NCBI RefSeq assembly: GCF_963921235.1
Contig: NC_086097.1
Span: forward strand, 125,428,001 to 125,492,000
DNA from: Mobula hypostoma
Lineage: Eukaryota
Direction of reading: 5' to 3'
Length of the DNA stretch: 64,000 nt
A program made the position numbers and the translations under genes. How positions within the stretch are numbered: the first letter of the stretch is position 1; each line of letters opens with the position of its first letter. The notes under the pieces were generated by a model. That model saw only the letters and a list, made by a program, of their open reading frames with translations, was not told the origin of the DNA and did no database searches. Shown here piece by piece: positions 52,501-64,000 of the stretch.

Positions 52501-53839
52501 CAGGTGCTTGGAACAGGATATTGGGGAAGTAGTGGAATCAGCCAATCTGTTGGGAGTTAAAAAGGCCTTTAGATAAGCAGAAGAATATGACAGGAGTGGA
52601 GGAGTATGATGACACATAGGAAGAGGACATTTAGAAGAAACTGGCTTCAAGATCGGTGCAATATCCTGGGCTGAATGGCCCGTCCAGGGCTGTATTGTCC
52701 GATGTTCTATATACTGCATCTATGCAGTTCCTCTCACCTTTTCTGCTAGTTAAATCCTTAAAAATGATTACTCCTTCATAAAAATTTGTATATAAATTAA
52801 AGTTTTAACTGGTAACATTATCAAAATCAGCCATATCTATAATAGCAATCATTTTTCTGTCTTTGTTTGTTCCCCTATCTGATGGATCTTATTAACATAG
52901 TGAGCTTGCTGACAATATCCTTCTTGTTACTTTTAAACCTACCCCTCTAACCATAAAAGCCTATCCTCTGGTGTTTGACAGTTCTACTCTGGAGAGAAGA
53001 TTCGGACGTTTACCCTAACTATTTCGCTACAATGTTAAAACCTCTATCAGGGTCTCCTCTTAGCCCTCGAGGTGCTAATTTGTTCAACCTTTCCTTATAG
53101 CTCATACCCTGTCATCTAGGCAACATCCTAGTAAACCTCTTCTGCACCCTCACAATTCACTGAGACCCTTACACTTGGCTTCAATTTTCCTGGCCAGAGA
53201 AGGGAAGAATCCCTCGGAGTTCCATTCATTAGACCGGCAACCAGTGATTACTTCTAAAATTACAGTACAGGATCAGGATTGGGCACAGCTTAATTTCTCC
53301 TCATCTACACACCCCAAACATTCTGTTACTTCTCGTCACACATAAATAGTCAGGAAGATAGCTAATACCAATTGAATTGCACTCCAGTATTGGTTGCCTC
53401 AGGAAAGATGAGTGAAAAAATGGAAAGAAGGAGAGGGAAAATCTCTTTATTTTCTGAAAAGATCATTGCATAGTCCTGTCATGTGCAATTAAGAAAAGCA
53501 TTATACACTGACATATTAAATGTTGCTAGGTAACTGTGCTTGTAGATCAGGCTCAAAGTCAAGATATGGTCCATTGAATGTAATCTGGACGAAAACCAGG
53601 AAATGATAAGGTAAGTTCCATAAACATTAGACATGCACTGTTGAAATCAATCATTGAAAAATTTAAATTTCAAAATGAAATATAGGAACAGGCAAGATAA
53701 TAGTATTTCATTTGTTTATGACACCTGAAAGTGCGAATGTTTCTTTGTGTTTGATGTTGATATATTAGCATTAAAACCTTCAAAGCCATATTTATTAACT
53801 ATATACTGTACATGATTATAAACTGAATATCAAACTCAC

Positions 53840-53920
53840 CGGTTAGACTGAAGTGTACAGCTCGTCTTTGACAGTAACCGAGTGGCTCAACTTCAGGCCG
53901 CAGTGAATTGATAACCTATC
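53840..53920 (-). other. Candidate spliced exon of an unidentified host gene
   Basis: Minus-strand T8-AG acceptor and CCG/GTGAGT donor in non-repetitive DNA. It reads DRLSIHCGLKLSHSVTVKDELYTSV* or, from the next AG (53915), VINSLRPEVEPLGYCQRRAVHFSLT. Protein not recognised. Confidence 0.35.
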
Positions 53921-55444
53921 CTAAAAAAAAGTGTACATTAGTAGATGATCAATACAATTACCAGAACCATGTAGTTAATTGCATAATTTACATACAGTGA
54001 CACGGTACATAAAAACACAGAAGATTATTATAATTGCCTTTGGAAGCATCAAAGGACTATAAAATTGAATGCTCTATGTGCAAGAAGCCTATGGTTTAAA
54101 CAACCATAGATCAGATTTTGCCATAACAGAACATCCAGTAACATTTACCTTCCAACAGACTTGACACTCTGTTTCTTGTCTCCATAAACCTATGTTTAAA
54201 AATTGCATAAAATAAAACCATAAGACATAGGAGCAGAATTAGGCCATTTGGCCCATCGGGTCTGTTCTACCATTTGATCATGGCTGATTTATTATTCCTC
54301 TCAACGCCATTCTTTCTGCCTTCTCCTCATGACCTTTGATGCGTTTACTAATCAAGAATCTGTCACCCTCCATCATAATGTAATTTGATAACGCACAGTG
54401 ATGGACACTAGGTACTGGAAATCAAGTAATCATGTCAGTCAAAGATGTCATGGAGACATACAGCACAGAAACAGGCCCTTTGGCCCACAGTGTTCGTGCT
54501 GTTCATCAAGCACCCAGTTCACACTAATCCTAAACTAACTTCATTTATTCTCCCCACATTCTTATCAAATGCCCCCAGATTCTAACACTCACCACACTAG
54601 GAATAATTTACGTTGGTCAGCTAAACCACCACCATGCACATCCTTGGAATGTGGGAGGAGGCCCATGTACTCAATGGCAGAACACGCCATTGCATTAAGA
54701 TTTGAGGAAAATAGGAAAAAGCGTTCAGTAATACTAGAGACTCTGCCGATGCTGGAAATCCAGAGTAACACACAAAAACTGATGGAGGAAATCAGCAGGT
54801 CAGGCAGCATCTATGGAGAGGAATAAAGAGTCAAAATTTTGGGGCGAGAGACTTCATCCGGACCAATGGTTCAGGAATACTATACACCACTCACCTAACC
54901 CCACTTCATCAACCTATCCACCCCCACCTCAAAAGAACAGGAATCAATCCACAGTTCGATTGGGGTGTAGAACTGTATTTTTCTTGTAGTTTAACTTTCC
55001 TACACTTGCTTATATTTTTATATACTCATGTACAGCATATACATACGATTGTTCAGAGATTTTGCCAGCAATCGCAATACAGTTGCTTCCATATTTTTCT
55101 AGAAACTTAGCTTTCAGTAGCAGGTGTCAAGTTACTTGAATTTGGCTATTTTATAGGTTATTTATTATCACTGGAATTTGTATCAACTCTAGCCTGAGTA
55201 CGAGATGACTGCGATGGGGTATTTTCTCAATCATGTGGAAGGATGCCAATGTTGCAGCACAGCTGGTAATGTGCCAGAGGAGTTTGGCCTGCAAACCCCA
55301 TGTTCCATGGTTGTACAACTATTCTGAAGTTTCCGTTACTTACAGGGGGAAGTAACTGCTGAAAAGTTCCGCCTCAAAGTCAAGTAACGCACAGGGAAAA
55401 AGACAACAGATTGAATAGAGAGGATACAATAAAAGTCTGAAATT

Positions 55445-56460
55445 TCTGACACACAAAAGGTCCTGCAGATGCTGAAGATTTCGAGCAGCATGCACAAAAT
55501 GCTGGAAGAACTCGGCAGATCAAGCAGCATTACTGGAGGGAAAAGAACAGTTAACGTTTTGGGCCGAGATCCTTCATCAGGACTGGAAAGAAAGAGGGCA
55601 GAAGCTAGAATACAAAGGTATGGGGAGGAGGAGGACAAGCTGACAGAAAGTATGCGCTAAGTGAAGGGATGGGTAGGTAGGTGGGGGAGGAGAGATCGGA
55701 AAAGCTGGGAGGTGACAGGTGGAAGAGGTAAAGGGCTGAAGAAGGAGGAATCTGATAGGAGAGGGCAGTAGACCATGAATTAAAGATAAGGAAGTGGGGA
55801 ACCAGAGGGAGGGGATGGGGAAGAGAGGACCACCAGAATCAGGGAGGGAACTGAGGAAAGTGGTTATCAGACGTTAGAGAAACTGATGTTCATGATGTCA
55901 GGCCTAATCATGGAGAACATGGATTGACATGTCGGTATGGGAATGGGAAGTGGTACTGAATGGGGGACACCTTCTATTCCTTCTTGGTAGTCTCTAACCT
56001 GATGGCAAAACCATTAGCCACTCACTCCTCTCTGTTCCCCCCTTCTCCTTGTTTTTCCTTATTCTGTTAGCCTTTTCTTCTCCTCCATGACCTGCTCATC
56101 CCTTCCCTCTAGTTCCCCAGATTCTTTCCTTTATATTATGATCTACTGTGCTCCCCTATCAGATTCCTTCTTTGTCTGCTCTTTCCTTCTTCCACCTATT
56201 ACCTTCCAGCTTCCCACATCACTCCTTTTCACCCCCCCATCTCCCACCCATCTACCCTCCCCCTCATCTGTGCTCACCTGTTCCCTCCCCCTCACCTGCG
56301 CTCACCTGTTCCCTCCCCCTCACCTGCGCTCACCTGTTCCCTCCCTCTACCTTTTTGTTTTGGCTTCTGTCCCTTCCCAGTCCTCGGCCTGAATCGATGA
56401 CTGATCACTTCCCTCCATAAATGCTGCTGGACCTGCTCAACTCCAGCATTTTGTGTCTAT
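55445..56460. mobile_element. Two Penelope-like 3' fragments in inverted arrangement; 28-bp tandem repeat at ~56262-56346
   Basis: Minus-strand copy ~55445-55965 (hammerhead with GAAA changed to AAAA at 55548-55585) and plus-strand copy ~55966-56460. Confidence 0.7.
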
Positions 56461-57795
56461 AACTTCTTTTGGCTAGTTTTCAAAGCCGAGGTAAAGAGAT
56501 AGATCATTAGTCTTACCACATTATGAAAAGCATCCTTACACTTCTAATAACACAATTCTATCATACCAAGATCAACATCTTCCCCTCTGCCATCGGATTT
56601 CCGCATGGACATTGAATCCATGAACACGACCTCACTACTTTTTTGCAGTACTTATTTAATTTAACTTTTAATATATATATATATACTTCTTATATATTTC
56701 AATGTACTGCTGCCACGTAACAAGAAATCTCATGACATATGCTGGTGATATTAAACTGGATTGTGATTCTTCATGTAAAATTAATTGGCAAATCTTGTGA
56801 GCTCTTAAAGGGAATGGAATACGAGCAAGATAGCATTTTCACGAAGTAACTCCAGATATTTAATCACTTGGCACTTCAAGTTAATGTATTGTTGATCCAT
56901 AAATAATAAAGAATATCAGTATCCTTGCTGTTGTATTGACAACAAATTCTGGCCCATTATCTTATCATTGTCTTGATTTGTGAGAACCACTGGAAACATA
57001 AAACTTTATTTTATGATGTTTTTTAAGATTCCAGGAAGCTTTGACAGTAAGAAGATCATAAGACCGTAATACACAGGAGCAGAAATTGGCTATTCGGCCC
57101 ATCAAGTCTGCTCCACCATTCCATCACGGCTGATTTATTATCCCTCTCAAACCCATTCCTTGTTCAGACTATTCTACACATGGACTCAGACCCAGTGACC
57201 TGTAATTTCCCTCAAAATTGCCCTTGTGAGTCACTCAGTTCGACACAGTCCTCAGAGGCAACAAATGATCACCTTGCCAGTGGCAATCACATCCTATGAA
57301 AAAAAAAGTTGTATACATCAAAGTCATACGAAAGTGAGTTGCCACCCACTGAACATCTTTTTCAAGATGAAGAAAAACACTGAATATTTATTGCTTCGTT
57401 CAAGAGATTGTTTTTTTTAGAAGTACAGAAGAGTAACAGGCCCTTCTGACCCAACGAGCCCACACCGCCCAATTACACCCATGTGACCAATTAACCCACT
57501 AACAAGTACATCCTTGGAATGTGGCAGGAAACCGGAGCAACCAGAGGAAACTCACGCATTCATGGGCAGAATGTGCGAACGTCCTACAGGCAGCAGTGGG
57601 AATTGAACCCAGATCACTGGGTTACTGGATTACTGTAATGATCCGACATCATGCATCCGTCGACTGTACCTCTTCCTAGAGATGCTGCCTGGCCTGCTGT
57701 GTTCACCAGCAACTTTGATGTGTGTTGCATCAATCATTAGTCATTTACATGTAAAACCACATTTCTGTTGTTAAGTTCCATTATAACCTATTGGT

Positions 57796-57867
57796 TCCTC
57801 ATTAGTATAGTAGTTAGAATTCCCACCTTTTACATGGGAGACCAGGATATGATTCCGTGATGGGGAA
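57796..57867 (+). pseudogene. tRNA-Asp(GTC)-derived pseudogene
   Basis: Colinear over 72 nt with vertebrate tRNA-Asp (TCCTCGTTAGTATAGTGG...GGGAGACCGGGGTTCGATTCCCCGACGGGGAG, from recall). The anticodon loop and B-box are mutated, largely by CpG decay. Confidence 0.8.
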
Positions 57868-59987
57868 ACAACTTTGGTAGTGTAAAAGTTAACATAACAA
57901 GCAGTGAAATACTCAAGGTTCTTTGACACTAGATCAGATCACTAATTGCAGCAACTCTTTTACTGATCTGAGGGCTTGTCCAAAAAGTGCAGCATGGTGG
58001 AATGGTGGTTAGTGTAACACTATTGGGCCAGTGACCCAGGTTCAATTCGTGCCTTTGTCTGTAAGGAGTTTGTACATTCTCCCCTTGACCGCATGGGTTT
58101 CCTCTTGGTGCTCCAGTTGGTAGACACTGTGGAACTGGGTGGTGCAGGCAAGTTGGGACATAAGGGCATGTTATACTGCTGTACCGCTAAATAGATTAAA
58201 ATAAAGTAAATTGGGAATAGGATTTATACTGTCAGAAGGTGATGGATAACTCCCTATATTACCAGTCCGGACCTGAATAGAAATTCTTCAGCATGGAGCT
58301 GAAAATTGGGAAAAAATGTATTTTCAGATCTTGTTACCAATGGTTAGTGCAAAGGAGTAAAGATATAATAACTAAAGAAAGCTGAGGGAGATTCATTTGA
58401 GGTGGATAGTTTGCTCTTGCTGTGCAGTCAATTTCTTTGATTATATTATATGATAAACATTGACTGAGCAAACGCTTATCAATTTTGAACCCCAGGGAGA
58501 TAAGACATTTCTAAATGCATTGTGAGCATGCTGTGCTGGTGCGAGAATACTTGGTGACATTTGCGGGCTGCCCCCCAGCACATCTTTAGGTTGTGTTAGA
58601 TGTTGTTTTTGTTGCATGACGTATCAACACACTACAACAAATTCCAAACATATGTACATTTATAAAGTTGATTCCTGATCCCATCCGCCTTGCTTGTGAG
58701 GCTCCTTGCATTAAAGTATGTAGCATTCTTATGCTACCCCTCTTGTTGCTGTTCTTCTCACTGGACTTGCCTGTTCTACCACCATGAAGCATGGGTTGTA
58801 TCTGAACTGGAAGGGACAAATATCCTTGCAGGGGGGCTTGCCAGTACTGCTCAGAAGTGTTTAGGGGCCGTTGAGGGTGGGGGTTGGGGATTGACCCGGA
58901 ATGACAGCGCAACATGGTGGGAGGGCTTGCTCAAGACCAAGCGATGCAGAACAGAGGATTATCATGGAGGCCTGTATGCATGGGGGGTGGTAGCAGGGTG
59001 GGAAAAGGGTTTGTTCTCCTGCTGTTACTGTTGTTCCTGCTTTGTTTTCTGCGTGGCATGCTATATTGGCACCAGAATATGTGGCGACACACGTGGGCCG
59101 CCCCTGCACATCCTCAGGTTGTACTGGTTGTTACCGCAAATAATGCATTTCACTGTATGTTTCAATAAATAACCTGAAATGGTGAAAAGAAAGGGCCATT
59201 GTGGAGTTCACAGTTAGATCCCATTTGTGTCTAGAAATTGGAGCTCATCTAATTTTGCTTCATTAAAATGAGTGAATTGCAGAAAAGTTGGAGTAAAACC
59301 CTGTTAAAAAATGGAGGATTAAAAAAAAATTTTAAGTTAGCTCTTGTTGAATGTTCTTAGTACCCACCATACAGCACCATAAAAGGTTGCCAAGAAGAAT
59401 GAGAGGTGAAAGGGAAGGAAGGCGCTGGTGGGGGGTAGGGGAGGCACTTCACTGACCCGTGTGGTGGTGGGTCTATATGTGACAGTCTGGTCCAGTAGGT
59501 CCCCACGCCATGAATAGTCCCAAACCATGTAAGATGTAGGCTCATCAAGGAACCAATGATTACAACGTCTTGCATTGAGGTCCATAATATAGTTATAAGC
59601 ATTGTGAGTCACAACTTTAGCGTATAATTTCTGTCAGTAAATGTAAAATGGCTACTGCACACCAGATGGTGTCAATTAAATATGCACTTGATGCTGAGCA
59701 AATGTCAGATGCACAAGGCTGAATCATGCTCAGAAGTGATTTTTTTTAAGCGCACATACAGGAAATTTGAAATAAAAACAGAAAATGTGGGAAACACTCA
59801 GCAGGTCAGGCAGCACCTATGGAGAGAGAAACAGGGTTACTGTTCCAAGCCCTTGTTCAACATTTTCTGTTTTTATATCCGTCCCGTGATGCTGAAGACG
59901 ACAAGAACTTTATAAATGCTTAGAAAATGGATATTATACATTATAATTTTTAACTCTTTGTGACATGTGCAACTAACATTATTAGTA

Positions 59988-60522
59988 CACTCAGTGGCCA
60001 CTTTATTAGGTACACCTGCTCATTAATGGAAATATCTAATCAGCAAATCTTGTGGAAGCAACTCAATGCATAAAATCATGCAGACATGGTCAAGAGGTTC
60101 AAACACCAGAATGTGATTTAAGGGACTTTGACCATGGAATGAGTGTGCGATTCAGTGGGGTTTTAGTATCTCAGAAACTGCTGATCTCCCGGGATTTTCA
60201 TGCACAGCAGTCTCTAGAATTTACAGAGAATGGTGCAAAAAACAAAAAAAAAGACATCCAGCGAGCAGCAGTTCTGTGGGTAAAGACGCCTTGTTAATGA
60301 GAGGGGTTAGGGGAGAAAGCCCAGACTGGTTCAAGCTGACAGGAAGGCGATAGTAGCTCAAATAACCACGCGTTACAACAATGGTGCACAGAAGAGCATC
60401 TCTGAATGTACAACACATCAAACTTTGAAGTGGATGGGCTACAGCAGCAGAATACTATAAACATATGCTCAGTGGCCAACTTTTTAGGTACAGGAGATAC
60501 CTAATAAAGTAGCCACTACGTG
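59988..60522 (+). mobile_element. Tc1-family non-autonomous element, full length
   Basis: TA+CACTCAGTGGCCACTTTATTAGGTAC ... TACCTAATAAAGTAGCCACTACGTG+TA. Confidence 0.85.
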
Positions 60523-62419
60523 TATTTTCCATGTTGTGCAAACCTTTAAAGTAGGGTGTGAACTGTTTGGAACACAGCAGGTTAGAAATGACATATTGGC
60601 ACTTGGGAAGACTGAAACATTTATCAGAAAGGTATAAAATAAAAGCAAAAATGCTGTAAACATCAGTCGGTCATGCACCACAGAAAAGTTGCTGCAAAAC
60701 GACAAATTTCATGACATGTCAGTGATAATAAACCTGATTCAAATTCTGATAGTTCTTTCAGGTCTGGGTCCTTTGTCAGAACTGACCCTTTGATCTTTCA
60801 ACTTGGTCATAAAAAGGTTATTCGTTTTATTTCTATACTCTCATAGGAGGTTAAGGAGGTTCAGCTCGTCACCAAACACTTCAAATGATTTCTACAGATG
60901 TACTGTTGAAAGTACCTGGACTGGTTCGGAACGGCAACTCGAATGCACAGGAATGCAAGAAGCTTCAGAGAGTCATTGATTCATCCCAATACATCCCACC
61001 CCACCACCACCATTGGTAGTACCGATACCAGGGCTACCTCAACGAGGCAACGTGCATCATCAAAGATCCCTCCCACCCTACCACCAGCGCCATGTCACCT
61101 TCTTACAGCTACCGCTGAGCAGGAGGCAAAGAAGCCTGAAGTCCCACACTGCCAGGTTCAAGAACAGCCACTTCCCTTAAACCAACTGGAAGAATCCTAA
61201 TCACTAGAGTATAGCTACGCTGTGGCCACTTTGATTACTTTGCACTAAAATGGACTTTGCCTTTTCTGTTTTAAAAGCATTCTTTCTTCTAAAATGGTGA
61301 AATGTTGCCCTTGTGAATGCTGATATATGCCACTATGTGATCTGGTGCAAAATTAAGTTTTCATTGCACATGGTGCATACATGTACTGGCGCACGTGACA
61401 GTAAACTCGACTTTTACTGTGTCAGGTATCATTTTGATTAAAAGTTCTAAAAAGCAGCACCTGCAATTTTTTTTACCAGAATGATACCTGGATGATAAGG
61501 TTTTAAACAAGAAACAGATTGCACAAATCCTTTCATTCCCTGAAATTTCGATGGTTAAGGAGTGATTTTTATTGAAGTTTCCAAGATATCCAGGCTAATG
61601 CTGGTAGTGCTTCTGTTCCTACATAAATCATGCAAGAACTTCAGCACTTAGAAAGAGGTACTTGTGATGTGTAACCTATTAGTAAACAGTAAGCATGAGT
61701 AATTTCCAGCATCCTGCAGGCCAATTCAAAATAATCCGTTAATTCACATCACATTTATATCTCTTAAAGGCAGAGCGAGCACTGAATGAAACCACACGCA
61801 GAGTTCATTCAGTAGCAGCAGAGAGTATGCACCTCAGGAAGGGCAATTGCTAGATCAATACTCGCACTGATGCTGATGCTGAATTAGTGAACTCCTGGGG
61901 AATGGTGCCGGTTGTTACAACAATCACAGTTTTATGAAGAAGAGCTTTTAAAAGCATTCTGGACACACTTAGTTATTTAAATTTAATTTCCCATAATTTT
62001 GGTGGGATTTGAACTCAAGCCTGAGGAGCAACAGTCCAGAATTCGGGTTGCTGGAAATTAACTACCACACTGCTCATATTCCTGCTATACATAAAAAGAC
62101 AATAAAAATTAAAGTGTTTGTTTTCACAGATAGAAACTGATTTTAGGCAAACTGGCATTTTGAAATCTAAGAATTAAAGATTGTTAACTAAAGGAATGGA
62201 TGGAGCTATGAGGTTAGATATATGGAAGTTAATGGAGTTAGATTGTGTGTCGAATGGTGGAGCAGACTTAAGTAGTAAACGGTATTCTCCTCTTCCAATT
62301 TCCTATATTCATGAGACAAAATCTTGGCTCAGAGACCAAATTGTCCAAATGTGAACTAATCAAAAGACAATGCTGTTAACAGGACCGATTGTAAAAGTGC
62401 CTCACCAATATCAAAACCT

Positions 62420-62830
62420 CCTAGAGGACCACAGCCTTGCTGTAGGGTTTGGAGGCTTGCGTGTCTCAATGACTTGGAGTGCTACGTTGGCTGGAGTCAG
62501 GGCTTTATGCTTTGGGTCACCCATGCCAAACAGATCAAAGGGTAGAGGCCAGACTAAGGGTGGTCCACTGGTTCTCCGGGTTCGGGGGCTCAGCTCAAGG
62601 CCAACAACCCTGACTGGTAAAACAAAACTGTAACGGAAACAGTTATGAAGAATCCTTCTACACCTGAGTGTGACGGCATTCCTGAGTCTCTACTCAGGAC
62701 TTGCATGGTTGACAGTAATGAAAACCGAGAGGAAGCTACTGGCATGAGGAAGGAAGCCCTGAACAACGCTGGTGATGGAGGACCATCTTTGCTGCTCTAA
62801 ACGCCAGTGGTGTAAAGGGGAGTAAGCAAT
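62420..62830 (+). mobile_element. RTE-like bipartite non-autonomous retroposon
   Basis: The 5' part resembles RTE/Expander 5' UTRs (CACAGCCTTGC..GGCTTGCGTGT..GGTCACCCATGCCAAACAG..GGCCAGAC). The 3' end GCTGCTCTAAACGCCAG...AGTAAG resembles RTE tails. No ORF. Identification is from recall. Confidence 0.5.
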
Positions 62831-64000
62831 AATCAGAAAAAAACAACAAGAACCATTAATTCAGACTATATGCAGTCACATAATTTCTTCAGGTTGTAGT
62901 GTGGCTTTTTGTAGCTCTCTCATATGTATTGGAATTGTTTACATATTATAATGTGAAAAAGTGCTGTACTTATAGACTGTTAAGGTAAGGGTCCCATTCA
63001 ATATATCAAGCTTCTTAAAAGTTAGTGCAACCACTATCAAGATGGCACTGAGCTTCAACTTTCACTGAGTTGGAGCTCAAATGCAGTTGTTTAATTTTAG
63101 TTGTTCTTAAGGTTCATAAGTATGGTTTTGGGGACAGATACACGGGTTAGGTGTCAGGTTAGGGTTTAGGGATAGGGATGTAGGGGATTTAGAGGTTATG
63201 CCGGAGTTCCATATTCAAAGACAGAGACATGGGGCAACTGTGGTCGAACGATGGACATTGGACCAGCAGAGAGTGAATGAGAGTCCTCCCCAATGCCCCC
63301 CCCACCAGGTAAGTGAGTTGTCAGTGGGTTCTAGTGTTGGAGTTATGAGTGGGCAGGAGAAATGAGTTCCGATGACCCTCCTGGGTTTGTGAATCAGTGA
63401 CACTGGAGTTTGAAGCCCCATGTTCGGAGTCCCATCATCATTGAATCCAGAGTTCTAGACCTAGTGTTCAGTGATTGACGTGTCCTGGATTCGATGCCAA
63501 GGGTCAGATCTGAAGTCCAGAAATCCAGGCCCAGTGACCAAAGCTGACTCTGCAAATCTCTGTGAGTCTGCTAGGGAGGTCAAAGGTTGCTGTCTGCAAG
63601 CCCATCTGCCAGAGGCTGCAAGCTTGAGGCCTGTCTTGGGAATTAAAGGACTGTGTATGTGCATGGATGAGAGGAAGGGATGGGGCTTGTTTTTACTGAT
63701 GTTATTTTGTTGCTTGTTCTGTTCGGTACTGTTCTGCTGAGCAATGTGGGCATGCTATGTTGGCGCCAGAATGTGTGGCAACACTCGCGGGCTGCCCCAG
63801 CACACCCTCGGATGTGATGGTTGTCAACCCAAATGATACATTTCACTGTATGCTTCAATGTACGCGTTATAAATAAACTTGAATCTTGAATTGCTTTATA
63901 AATTTTACTAAGTATTTTGTTGTGAGAGTTTGGAAAGATGTTTTTAAATGTGCCTTAGAAAGGAAATTATTTAGTTGATTCAGTTTGCTCCTGAAAAGTT

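Noticed and set aside
53546..53610. Possible plus-strand exon (IRLKVKIWSIECNLDENQEMI)
   Set aside because: Splice sites are plausible, but there are no supporting neighbouring exons or known homology.
57658..57725. Short Penelope-end copy starting exactly at the hammerhead cleavage site
   Set aside because: It begins 4 nt upstream (CGTC-GACTG) of the predicted site, so it is not direct evidence of cleavage.
59892..59930. CTGAAGA...GAAA as another hammerhead
   Set aside because: No stem I or stem II pairing.
63141..63197. Telomere-like GGTTAG/TTAGGG words
   Set aside because: Too short and degenerate, and embedded in a probable retroposon body.

Overview
This is a repeat-dense vertebrate non-coding window, either intronic or intergenic. 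The mix of CR1 LINEs, V-SINE/HE1-type SINEs, Rex1/Babar, Penelope-like elements and Tc1 relics suggests a cartilaginous fish, probably a ray (inference). I could not confidently identify a host protein-coding gene, and there is only one weak minus-strand exon candidate near 53.9 kb. Almost all long ORFs come from decayed transposable elements or a tandem repeat. The most notable structures are five. (1) Many Penelope-derived short repeats carry a minimal type I hammerhead-ribozyme motif (CAGUC-CUGAYGA-A-GGG..CCC-GAAA-CG-UC/GACUG), and several were inserted as inverted doublets bounded by 12-17 bp target-site duplications (TSDs). One copy arrived with about 290 bp of patchwork DNA. (2) A second Penelope family carries a different hammerhead. 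(3) One solo LTR has amplified its own terminal ~55 bp into a minisatellite of about 27 copies. (4) There are three further solo LTRs, nested hAT elements, a HERO-like fragment and a bipartite RTE-like element. (5) There is a tRNA-Asp pseudogene. Family names come from motif recognition only, not from database searches.
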